Shown here: positions 25,803-37,609 of the stretch, piece after piece
Layout: the number at the start of each line of letters is the position of its first letter
Position numbering within the stretch: position 1 is the first letter of the stretch
Source: Octopus sinensis
Taxonomy: Eukaryota
Length of the DNA stretch: 64,000 bases
Assembly: GCF_006345805.1 (NCBI RefSeq)
Contig: NC_043003.1
Location: 61,628,001-61,692,000 of the forward strand
Direction of reading: 5' to 3'
The notes under the pieces: model-generated
What the model was told of the DNA's origin: nothing
Database searches by the model: none
Seen by the model: the letters and a program-made list of their open reading frames with translations, nothing else
Program-made: the position numbers and the translations under genes

Positions 25803-26666
25803 CACCATTATCATCAACATCTCACCATTTAATGTCTGCCTTCCAATCATGCATGGGTTGGACGATTTGACAGGAGCCAGCCAGGTAGAAGACTACCCCA
25901 GGCTACTGCGTCTGTTTTGGCAAGGTTTTTACAGCTGGATGCTCTTCCTAACACCAACCATTGTGCAGAGTGGACTGAGTGCTTTTTATGTGGCACCAGC
26001 ACAGGTGAAGTCAGCTTACAGCTGGATGCCCTTCCAATTGTGTGTGTATGTGTGTGTTACTGTCTCCTGCTTTGACATTGTTCGATGGCTGTGAATGAAT
26101 GTCATCATCATCGTTAACATCTGACATTCATTCTCAGCCATCGAACAATGTCAAAGCAGGAGACAGTAACACACACACACACACAATTGGAAGGGCATCC
26201 AGCTGCAAAATGACTTCACCTGTGCTGGTGCCGCGTAAAAAGCACTGTCCACTCTGCACAATGGTTGGTGTTAGGGAGAGCATCCAGCTGTAAAAACCCT
26301 GCCAAAACAGACGCAGTAGCCTGGGGTAGTCTTCTACCTGGCTGGCTCCTGTCAAATCGTCCAACCCATGAATGATTGGAAGGTAGACATTAAATGGTGA
26401 GATGTTGATGATAATGGTGATATATATATATATATATAATCATCATCATCGTTAACATCTGTTTTCCTTACTGCCATGGGTTGGAGGATTTGACTGAGGT
26501 CTGGAGAGCCAGCAGCTGCACCGGGTTACAATCTGATCTGGCAATGTTTCTACAGCTGTTTTCCCTCCCTAATGCTAACCACTCCGAGAGTGTAGTGGGT
26601 GCTTTTTAAGTTCCACCAGCACAGGTGCCAGTCAGGCGGGCCTGGCATCGATCACGTTCAGATAGT
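25520..26666. repeat. ~1.15-kb inverted duplication (palindrome) with 17-bp spacer
   Basis: 25520-26104 is the reverse complement of 26122-26666 at roughly 95% by eye, apart from (TA)n length. Confidence 0.95.
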
Positions 26667-27389
26667 AAGTGGTGTCATTCTTTTCTAATCTTCTGTGAAA
26701 ACTTGTCATATCATGGGGAAATATTATCACAGTTGGAGACAGGTGAGTGTTGGACACAGGATGGGCATCTTGCCACAGAAAATCTGCTTCAACAAAGTCT
26801 ATCTGAGCATGGAAAAGAGGACATTAAAAGGATGATGGTGATGATGATAATTTGTGTTTCAACTGAGGAACAGGTTTGATTTCTGTAACAAATACCTTTA
26901 CTATATATAAGAAAAGGTTAAAAAAAATACAGAAAAAAGAAATCCTAATTAAGAGAATCAGTTAGGGAGATTGGAAAGAATTAAGTACATATGAATTGGT
27001 GCAGACAGTTCAGAAAAATAATTAAAAAAAAGCCTCTGCAACACTAATGTCTATGATGGTGTAGTGCAAAAGCCACAAGCACAGGTATGGTATTGTGGTT
27101 AATAAGTTCATTTGAAAACCACATCAAAAGGAGAAGTAAACATAATTTGTAAACAGAGTAATTGCTTTGGAGTATCCAAAATTGTACTGAGTTTAATCTT
27201 ATCTAATCAAAGAAGTAACTTATCACTTATATCAGAGATTCTTAAATAAATTGTTTCATTAGTTCTGTACTTTCTAAACCAGGAAATGTTTTTTTATCCC
27301 GTTTGAGATGTTTTTAATATAAGCTTGTGTGCAGGTATTTGGGGAATAATAAAAAAAAAGATGATGGGGAAATTAATTTGGGTGTTATG

Positions 27390-27789
27390 AATCTCGTGGG
27401 TATGGTATATGAGAGAGAATGGGGGAGGGATAGAGAGTGAGAGAGAGAGAGAGAGTGAGTGTGTGTGTGTATGAGAGAGAGGGAGAGATAAAGAGAGAGA
27501 GAAAGGAAGTACAAGAAAGAGAAAAAGTGTGTACAAGAGAGAGAGAGAGAGAGAGAGAGAGAACAAGAGAAAGAAAAAACGTGTGTACGAGAGAGAGATG
27601 GAGATAAAGAGAGAAAGGGAGTACAAGAGAGAAAGAGAGTGCAAGAAAGAGAAAAAGTGTGTATGAGAGAGAGAGAGTGAAAGAGGGAAGGAAAGAGGGA
27701 GAGAAAGAGAGTGAGAGAAAAGGAGAGTTGGGGAGAGATAATGTACAAGAGAGAGAAAGGGAGTACACGAGAGATGGAGGGAGAGAGAG

Positions 27790-27831
<42 letters not shown>

Positions 27832-27890
27832 TGTGTGTATGAGAGAGAGAGAGAGAGAAAGAGAGAGTATAAGAGAGAGATGAAAAGAGA
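27390..27890. repeat. (GA)n-rich low-complexity tract
   Basis: Purine-rich compound microsatellite. Confidence 0.9.
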
Positions 27891-28960
27891 CAAAACAGGG
27901 AAGATATATTTTATCTATTTCACAGTTGCTATTAGTTACACAGGCAATTATCTTAACTTTTGCTGTATTTATTTACATATTTTATAAAACAATTTGCAAA
28001 CAAAAGCATCATTGGTTACAGGTTTCCACTGAAAAAAAAAAATCCCTGATTTGCTGCTTTCCAATTCCAAAGAAGTGTCTGCAATGCAAGACTTGGTTCA
28101 AAGAGCACCGGGTTTTTGTTTCTTTTTATCACCGTTCACATTCATTGACAATATACATCGATAAAAGATATACAGTAATCACTTGCCATATTGCAGCTCA
28201 CTTATTGTGTCCAGATTACATTGCGGATTTTTCTGGCTAACATATCTCTTTTACTCTTTTACTTGTTTCAGTCATTTGACCACGGCCATGCTGGAGCACT
28301 GCCTTTAGTCAAGCAAATCGACCCCAGGACTTATTGTTTGAAAGCCTAGTACTTATTCTATCGGTCTCTTTTGCCGAACCGCTAAGTTACGAGGACGTAA
28401 ACACACCAGCATCGGTTGTCAAGCGATGTTGGGGGGACAAACACAGACACGGAAACACACACACACACACACATTATTTATCATTTTACAACCACTATTC
28501 CATGCTTGCATGGTCAAACATAATTTGTTGCAGTAGCATTTTTTTCTTATTTTTTTTCTGTTCTGAACCCTGAATTATTTCCAAGTAAAGTAATGTTTCT
28601 CTGAGGCCAGATATGTTTACATCATGGAAGATTAAAAAATGATGAACACCACTTGTTGGATGGTGATGCTCATTTACAACTATCAAACAATGTCAAAACA
28701 AGGATACACACGCACACACACACACACACACACACATTTGATGGGCTAGTTTTAATTTATGTTTACCAAATCTACTCACAAGGCATTCTCAGCCTAGGGC
28801 TATAGTGAAAGACACTTGCCCAAAGTGCTATGATGTACCAAACTAAAAAAGTGAGTACTGGAATTGATTTGACTAAATCTTTCAAGGCAGTGCCCCAGCA
28901 TAGCCACTGTCTAATGACTGAAACAAGTAAAAGATAAAAAAAAACAAATGTAAAACTGAC

Positions 28961-29701
28961 TTTGTCCTTTTGACAGGGACCCACCTGAGATTGTCCCTGA
29001 TTCTGTGATACAAACTGCTTGTGATCTAAATTAAAAACTTCCATCAAAATCCCCCATTAATTTATGCTCCGAACAGTAGCTTAATAATGACAAAGTTACT
29101 TAACTATCATAAATCCTCGAGTATAATCCGCATTTTTTCCCCAAAATTTAAAGGTCAAAATCCCTAGTGCGTACTATATATGAGGTTAAAAATGAAAAAT
29201 AAATTCTAAGAAATGTCCGAGTCTCTATTTGCTGTCCAGCAATGTTTATTCAGATGCATTTTGTGATGCCGGGCACGAAAATACCTTAAGCTAAGCCTGA
29301 AAGCAATGAAGTCATAAAAAAATCATTCATTACTTGCAGTAAGCAACATTTATTAAACGTTATTTCTGTTATTACTGTTATTTCTTTATTTTCTGCAAAC
29401 AAAATGCACAAAAAAGCTACACGTTTGCATTATGTTATATATACAATAATAATAAAGGACGTTACCGTATACATTTTTACAAACCAAGGACGTTATATAG
29501 ATCTCCTTGACTCAAGTTAGAGAAGGGGTGCGTATTATACACAAGGTTTAGGTTTTTCAGAGGTACAGCCCCCTAAAAATCTCCTGCGTATTATACTCAA
29601 GGGCGGACAGTACTCGAGGATTTATGGTAAATTTTTCATTATTTTTTTAATCAATTGAAAGGCAGCATAGTTCAACACAAATATGGTAACAAAAGGGTTA
29701 A
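28961..29701. mobile_element. piggyBac-like MITE interrupted by a pogo/Tc1-like MITE
   Basis: Right end GGTAACAAAAGGG+TTAA (29698-29701); both halves match the reverse complement of 49610-49839 and rejoin at the TA site 29105/29628. Confidence 0.8.
29107..29627. mobile_element. Non-autonomous pogo/Tc1-mariner-like element (521 bp)
   Basis: TIR TCATAAATCCTCGAGTA / TACTCGAGGATTTATGG (16/17), TA duplication, no transposase ORF. Confidence 0.85.
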
Positions 29702-29713
29702 AATTCCACATAC

Positions 29714-29855
29714 CTATTTTGCTTTCTATTATAATCTTTCTTGAAGGAATCTTCTTACTCAAAATTTCCAAACACTCAAGTAGGACAGTTTCATTTTGAT
29801 CTTTCACACACAGTTTTTCCTTGATTGATGCAATCTCATCTGTAGTCACAACTCT
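29714..29855 (-). CDS. TCEANC2: Internal coding exon of a TFIIS N-terminal-domain protein, TCEANC2-like
   Basis: Acceptor TTTTTTTACTTTTCAG and donor G/GTATGT; 142 bp, phase 0 to 1; encodes RVVTTDEIASIKEKLCVKDQNETVLLECLEILSKKIPSRKIIIESKI(G), which aligns without gaps to recalled human TCEANC2 [48 protein letters not shown]. Confidence 0.8.
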
Positions 29856-30314
29856 CTGAAAAGTAAAAAAACACAAAAGTAGTGAATATTAATGTATGTG
29901 CCAATACCACCATCACGATCATAAGATCCAGTTCTTCCCATAGTGCCACAAGGTGAACAGTTTGGCAGTAATATACACAATAATAAAGAGAACCACCAAC
30001 CTTTGTAGGTGTGAATTTCAACTGTACGCTCTCTCTCAATTGCCAACTAATTATTTAACTGGTTAGACTAGGTGTATTTCATGATTCCATCAGCACAAGA
30101 AATGTTGTCTACCAAAACTAAAGAGCAGTGTGCAGGAACCATATTTTATGTAACCATGTGGCATAGTGGTTAGGGTGTTGCATTCACAATTGCCAGATCA
30201 TGGGTTTGATTTGCAGACCAGGCAGCATGTTGTGCTCTTGAGCATAAAACTTCTTTTCATGTTGCTCTAGTACTGTGTAGGGATCAGCAAAGAATAGACC
30301 CAAAATTTCCTCTC

Positions 30315-31170
30315 ATCATCATCATCGTTTAACATAAATTTTCCATGCTAGCATCAGTTCAACAGGAGCTTCGAATCTGTTTTGGCATGGTTTCTATGGC
30401 TGCATGCCCATCCTAACACCAACCACTTTACAGAGGGTACTGGGTGCTTTTACACAGCAATGGCATGGGTGCTTTTTACATGGCACCAGTACCTGTGAGC
30501 TCACAAGATTAACAACGCTCAGCTGGAGAGGGTTGCAAGGGACAAGCCTGAATGCAAGGACAACCATGCTTTTACTTAGCTTGACATGTCTTTTCAAGCA
30601 CAGCAAACCACCAACAATCTCGGTCCCTTGCTATTTCCTCTGTGAGTCCCAATGTCTGTAGATCCTTTCTCACTACTTCATCCCACATCTTCCTGGGTCT
30701 AACCCTTCCATGTGTTCCCTCTACAATTAGAGATTAGCACCTCTTGATGCAACTGTATTCATTCATATGCATTACATGGCCATACCAGCAAAGTCTTCTT
30801 TTTTACATATTACATTTGATGCTTTGTGTACCCAGTTTTTTCCTACAAATCACTTACACTCTGTCATAAATGCACACTGACATTACACATCCAGTGGAGC
30901 ATACTAGTTTCATTTCTTTCAAATCTTTTCACTTCCTCAGTAGTCACAGCTCATGTCTCTCTTCCCATGTAGCACAGCTATTCATTCACAGGCATCATAC
31001 AATCCACCTTTCACTCTTAAAGACTGGCCCTTCATTACTGACAGAGGTAGTAGCTCTCTGAACTTCGCCCAGCCTATTTTTATTCAAGCAGCTATGCTTT
31101 CAGAACAATCTCCCTCACTACTAAGTTGGTTAGCTAAGTAACAGAAACTGTCTGTTATTTCTAAGGATCT
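30315..31170 (-). mobile_element. Old degenerate copy of the 37.6-kb RTE family
   Basis: Minus translation TDSFCYL...IGWAKFRELLPL...GLYDAC...WYGHV...GRVRPRKMWDEVVRKDL with stops and frameshifts, then 3'UTR remnant and (TGA)n tail. Confidence 0.85.
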
Positions 31171-31472
31171 TTAGTAAAAGGTGACTAAAAGAGGCGCCGG
31201 TAGGATTTGCATTCCAGTCTTGTAAAACACTCACCAGCAACAACTACCCATACAGACTCATAGGTTGGAAGGTTGTCACTTGGATGATGCAAAGGTGTCA
31301 TCTATCAGGGGTAGGGAATCACCAACAAATGGTGGATGCAGTGATATACTGTTTCAGTGCATGTTCCCATACTACTACCATATTTCCTGACAAATCCAGT
31401 CTATGATCCAGGCACTTCACTTTACATCATATCGTTGATGCTAATAGTGTCAATGATATAGGAGTATGCATA

Positions 31473-31851
31473 AAGGCGGTGAGCTGGCAGAATTTCGTCT
31501 GTCTTTACATTCTGAGTTCAAATTCTGCCAAGGTCAACTTTGCCTTTCATTCTTTCGGGGTCAATAAATTAAGTACCAGTTGCATAATGGGGTTGATCTG
31601 ATTGGCTGGTCACCTCCCTAAAAATTTCAGGCCTTGTGCCTGGAGTAGAAAAGAATCATTAGCATGCTGGGTAAAATGCTTAGTGGTATTTCATCCAACT
31701 TTATGTTCTGAGTTCAAATTCCACCAAGGTTGATTTTGCCTTTCATCTTCTCAGTGTTGATAAAATAAGTACCAGTTGAACACTGGGGTCGATGTAATTG
31801 ACTTACCCACTCCACTGAAATTGCTGGCCTGGTGCCAAAATTTGAAATCAG
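31473..31851 (+). mobile_element. Dimeric SINE-B inside one 16-bp TSD
   Basis: TSD TATAGGAGTATGCATA at 31457-31472 and 31852-31867. Confidence 0.85.
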
Positions 31852-32218
31852 TATAGGAGTATGCATAGGTACTACCAGGTTTTTTCAAGTGATTTGATGA
31901 TGACGACTTCAGTTATAACACAATGATCAATAATGGGTAATAATGTTCAATAATGTTTAACTGAATTGAGTGATGAGGTAAAGGTCATTGATACTAACAA
32001 TAACACAATATTACATTATACAAGTTAGATCAAACAAAATGTATACACAATATATAAAAATATATTAATATATAAATATATATGTATAAACAAAATGTAT
32101 ACACAATATATAAAAATATATAGATGTAGCCATACACATTTTTCAAAGATAGACATTTACATACAATTTATAACTATATATATACTTATATACACACATT
32201 TAAATATACTCATATATA

Positions 32219-32820
32219 GGCGCAGGAGTGGGTGTATGCTAAGTAGCTTGCTTATCAACCACATGGTTCCAGGTTCAGTCCCACTACATGGCATCTTGGG
32301 CAAGTCTCTTCTACTGTAGCCTCAGGCTGACCAAAGCCTTGTGAATGGATTTTGTAGAATGAAAAAACTGAAAGAAGCCCATCGTATCATCATCATCATC
32401 ATCATCGTTTAACGTCCGTTTTCCATGCTAGCATGGGTTGGACGGTTCGACCGGGGTCTGGGAAGCCAGGAGTCTGCACCAGGCTCCAGTCTGATCTGGC
32501 AGTGTTTCTACAGCTGGATGCCCTTCCTAACGCCAACCACTCCGTGAGTGTAGTGGGTACTTTTTATGTGCCAGGGGATGCTGGCAACGGCCATGATCGG
32601 TTGGTGCTTTTTACGTGCCAATGTATATGTAAGTGTGTGTATATGTTTGCGTGTCTGTGTTTGCCCCCCCCCCATTGTCGCTTGAACAACCAATGTTGTG
32701 TATCTACGTCCCTGTAACTTAACAGTTCGGCAAAAGTGACTGATAGAATAAGTACTAGGTTTACAAAGAATAAGACGGTGCTCCAGCATGGCCGCAATCA
32801 AATGACTGAAACAAATAAAA
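32219..32820 (+). mobile_element. SINE-A interrupted by an antisense RTE 3' end (~32387-32620)
   Basis: SINE head to GAAAGAAGCCCATCGTA, then (CAT)n GTTTAACGTCC..., then SINE body resumes. Confidence 0.85.
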
Positions 32821-33699
32821 GAATAAAAGAGCATGCCTGAAAAATGTTTTTTCACATGTTTATGCACATAAAGGTAACTAAATAAAAAGGGGCAAAGATG
32901 GGATGAGTCAAGGTGCAAGCATGTCTGTGCAGTTAAGAAGCTTGCTTTGTGGTCCCACCATTTCAGGTTCAGTCCTACTGTGCAGAACACCTAGGGCCAG
33001 CGATTTCTACTGTAACACCAGGTTGATTGTGAGTAAGTTTGGAAAACGGAAACTATGTGGAAGCCCATTGTATATACATATGTTTATGTGTGTGTCTTTG
33101 TGTCTGCATTTGTCCCTACCACTACCATCACAACTTGATGACTGTAGTTGGTTTGTTTACATCCCCATAACTTAGTGGTTCAGTAAAAGAGACTGATAGA
33201 ATAAGTACTAAACTTTAAACTGGGGCTGATTTATTTGACTTATACCCTTCTAGGTGATGCCCCAGCATGGCCACAGTCCAGTGATTGGAACAAGTTAAAG
33301 AAAAAAATCAAATATATATGTTACAATATTATTGTGCTTAGATTGTTTATGTATGAACATGCAATTTCTTATAATTGCATTTATGTTTGTTTTAGGCTGA
33401 CATCACTTCCATATTTCTAAATATACTTCTAGATTTTCATTTCTAATTGTTATTCAACTAATTAAAAACACATTCAAAATTAATGCAATATGTAAATATT
33501 CTTTGTTTTTAATTTTTCTTGTCTATACTGCATTTTCAATGCATTGAAATTATTTTATATTCCAGCAATAATTATAACTTTATATACATATTTTTTTTTT
33601 ATAATATTCATTTTGGCCATTATATTATACATGAGTGATGTGTACATAAAGACAATATGCAAAGATGTAAATATGTCAAACATGGACTCCAGTTGAAGT

Positions 33700-33900
33700 C
33701 CTACTATATTCTCCACGTATTTTTATTCCCTTTCATATTCTCTTTATGTCTGCATCAGTAATTTGTTCAAATTTAAACAGGTTTTTCACTGTTCAATACT
33801 AGGCTTCCAATCAATGAAATCAAATTCATTGATTTATAATTTCCTGCAATATCAATTCATAATAGTTCATTGATGAGATTTACACATATGTTGAAATTCA
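33700..33900 (-). pseudogene. Possible very old LINE ORF2 linker remnant
   Basis: Minus translation TVKNLFKFEQITDADIKRI*KGIKN resembles the F.F..I...EI...I..LK pre-RT motif; many stops. Confidence 0.35.
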
Positions 33901-35930
33901 ACATTTTTCCTTACTTCACTTTCATCTTTTTTTTCATGTTTTATTGCACATTTTCCTTCAAATCAAATACTATCAGATATAGTAATACAGGTTGCTTGTT
34001 TTAGCCCTCAACCTTCACAGCGCTATGCGTATGATCTTCCACCACCTTTTATCTTTAACATAACTAATTTTGCTAAGGTTTAGCAATATATATAATGTAT
34101 GTACGTATGTATGTATGTATGTATGTATGATGTATGCATGCATGCATGCATGCATGTATGCTTACATTTTATGTTATTCATCTAATAAAAACACATTCAA
34201 AATTAATATTATATATAACTATACCTGACACTCTATGCCTTCCCCATCCACTCTGGCAAATGACCCAGCATTATGTCACTGTATTATCATTACTATTCTG
34301 CTGCTTTACACTATCTGATATCTCCAACTCACTCTTGGTCCCCTTGCTCCGCTCGCTCATTCTTTTCCACCTCATACTGTGAAAATCCACCCTTGAACCA
34401 CCTTATAACCATTTTTATCACTTTCCAGTTCCACCTTGTTCTACTCTTACCCTTTTGTTTCATATTTTACTCCTCTTCTAGCAAAAAGTTGCCCCCACAG
34501 GGTCCATAGTTTTACAAGCAGCTGGTGGCATGAAAAAAGCACTCAGTACATGCTGTAGAGTAGTTGGTATTAGGAAAGGCATCCAGCCATAGAAACATGC
34601 CAAAGCAAACACTGGAGCACAATGTAATCCTTGAATGCACCAGATCCTGTCATACAGTCCAACCCACATCAGCATTGAATATGGACATCAAATGATGATG
34701 ATGATGGTGATGATGATGATGATGATGTAAATTTTCTTTGTTATTAATTTTTCTTCTCTGTAATAAATTTTTTGATGTAGTCACGCTATCTCATATTTCA
34801 TGTGGATGTATGTGTGTTTTGAATAGTAAACTCTTTAAAACACAACACATTTTAAAATCTACAATCATTTAATTTCCTTCTAATTAATCATATGAAGTCA
34901 AGATTAAAGAAAAATTTAACTTTATAGCAGTCAAATGCTGTCAGTGGAATACAGCTATTAAATCACAATGAAATGAAGCGGAGATATTTTGACTAAAAGT
35001 GAGAAATCAAAAACCAAATGACTCTAGGGAAGGTCTCAAGAAATAAAGAGAAAAAAATGAATAAAACAGCCATTCCGCAAATAAAAAAAGTACTATAAAA
35101 AAAGAACAATAGCAACAAGGGCCAAAAAAAACCATAGGGGAAAATCCATCAACCAATATAGGAACTTTGTAAAAACAGAAGCAATGGTGATAGCCTTAGA
35201 AAGAATGTGGGGTAGGCTGCCAATCAATTTTCCCTTGTAGCAATTTGAAGTACTTTTGCTTCTGGTTTCATACCATAGCTTCTGATAAAAGAAAATTTTC
35301 TGTAAAAGCCCTGAGGGCAGAATGAGACAAATGACTGCAGCTGTTTCAATGTTGATGATCTGGTATGGCTGACTGGACGTTCAGCTCTTTGGTGCTAGAA
35401 GCAAAATCCCATCTGCATATACAGATAGGGTGAGAGAGACAGAGAGAAAGAGAGAAAGGGAGGAAGAGAGAGAGAAGGTGGGGGAGAAAGACAGAAATTA
35501 CAATTCATTAATTGAACACAATAAACATAAACACTTTCCCTTCTGTTTCCATGATGGCATATAAACACAGGGAGAGAAAGAGAAGGACAGAGAGAACAGG
35601 AAGAACATTAAAACAAGAAAAATAGGAAAATGTCAGATGCCAAATAAGTCAGCACCAAAATAAGCGGTGCCAAAATGTCTCATACACTACTGTGGGTGCC
35701 TCTTGTAGAAGATCACTCTGTTTTTAGATCCCCTGACTGAGGGTAACTTCTTCCTAGCAGCCATGCAAGCCTTGGCTTTCTTCTCTGAATAAGCTTTTAA
35801 TTAATTCACACTTTATCATTAATAATCTAATAATTATTAAAATGTGCAACCTTCTTTTATCATGTCTAAATTCTTAGAGTAGAACTAGGAGAGTATTGAA
35901 GTTCGCTTGAAGCATTGTGTATTGTTTGTA

Positions 35931-36392
35931 AAGAATAAAAAGTTTTGAATGGTACAACAATGCACTATAATATAGACAACGGGCTATTTACCTGTTGTAA
36001 TTTAGTCATCCAATATCTGATATGATATTTCGGAATAATATTCCTTCTTCAGATATTCTTAGATGGAGTCACTACTATTATTGGTTTTCTAACGACTTTT
36101 TATTTTATTTTTTGGAAGCGTCTCGGCAGTGGACTCATGATGCTCCTTCCGGAATTCCTCATGAGAAGTATGTAAGGTTGGCCATGTCTCAATCTCATGT
36201 GTGCTGGTACATCCATAGCGCTGCCTCTAAGTTACATATTATACGTGCCAGCGACTCCATCTAAGAATATCTGAAGAAGGAATATTATTCTGAAATATCA
36301 TATCAGACTATGGATTACTAAATTACAACAGGTAAATAGTCCATTGTCTATATTATAGTGCATTGCTGTACCATTCACAACTTTTTATTCTT
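35931..36392. mobile_element. Fold-back element with ~142-bp TIRs, TA-flanked
   Basis: 35931-36072 is the reverse complement of 36251-36392 with few mismatches; TA at 35929-35930 and 36393-36394. Confidence 0.85.
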
Positions 36393-37609
36393 TAGAGTAG
36401 AACATTTGAAGTTCAAGTTATGCCATTTCTCTCATGGTCAACTTTATGTGGATTACTCACATTAACCTCTTATGTAAGATTAACTGGAAATACTGTTTTA
36501 TAGAGAAACTTGATTAGTTTGTTTTGTTCAAATTATACCTTAACATTATATTAAAGTTTCCAGTAATCCTAAAGAAACTTAATATTCATGGAGAGACATA
36601 CTTTTTAAGTGAGGGTAAGACTAAAATATACAATACCTGGGCTTATTTGCTTCTGCTACTTCAGAATGCAGGAAAAAAATCGATTTTAATTTCAAAATAA
36701 GATCCCTGAGAAAGTAGTGAGAAGGAAGAAAGGAAAGCTGAGGATAATTTGACAAACCTCTACTTTCAAAGGAAACTTCTAATTCTTGTTAAGGGCCATC
36801 TCCGGTATCTAGATGTAGGGAAGCATATTAGCTAATGAATGAATACTGTGAGCAGTCATTCGCGTAGTGATGAGCAACAGAAATTATACATACAACACAC
36901 CTGTCTCTTTCATTTTGTCATATTTTTTTGCTTATTGCCCAATGTAACATGAGAGTGAGAAACTTTCATATCAACATGAAATTACAAACCCATAAGCTAT
37001 AATACATATTTCAGACACTCAATATTATATACAAACTTCCATGTAAACACATAAGCTGTAAATGTCATGATTCAAACTGTCACATCTGACATAAAGCTAC
37101 AACACTTTCTTGTCAGTTGACTTTGCATTGACAACATTACCTTCCTATAGAAAATTCCACATAAAAATATGATTACCAATGGATGCTTTATAAGTAGCAA
37201 AATAGAAACTCAAGAATGACCACAGAAATTCAGCAGATATGAAGTTAACCATGAAATCTACCAGGAATTATCATTGAAAAATGTTATAATTTTATCAGTT
37301 ATAATAGCATTCCTAGTTTACAGTAGAAAGTACAAACAACTCTCTAATACTATGATCATTTCATTCAGATGATAGACTAACAAGATCTTGAAATACTAAT
37401 GGAAATATAAAGAAGCTTAAAAAAGAAAAAGATTGAACTCAAACAGTCATGTCTATAATACATATTTGAAGGGAAAGCAGCTCCTTGGTTACAGAAATGT
37501 GTGTGTTTTTTATTCATTATTTCAGCCCGACTGTGTGGTCGAACAAGTGTCTTCTACAATAGAATCAGGACAACCAAAGCTTTGCGAGTAGATTTGGTAG
37601 AAGGAAAGG

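Noticed and set aside
35625-35690. Mutator-like terminal GCCAAAAT repeats
   Set aside because: No convincing partner TIR or TSD found
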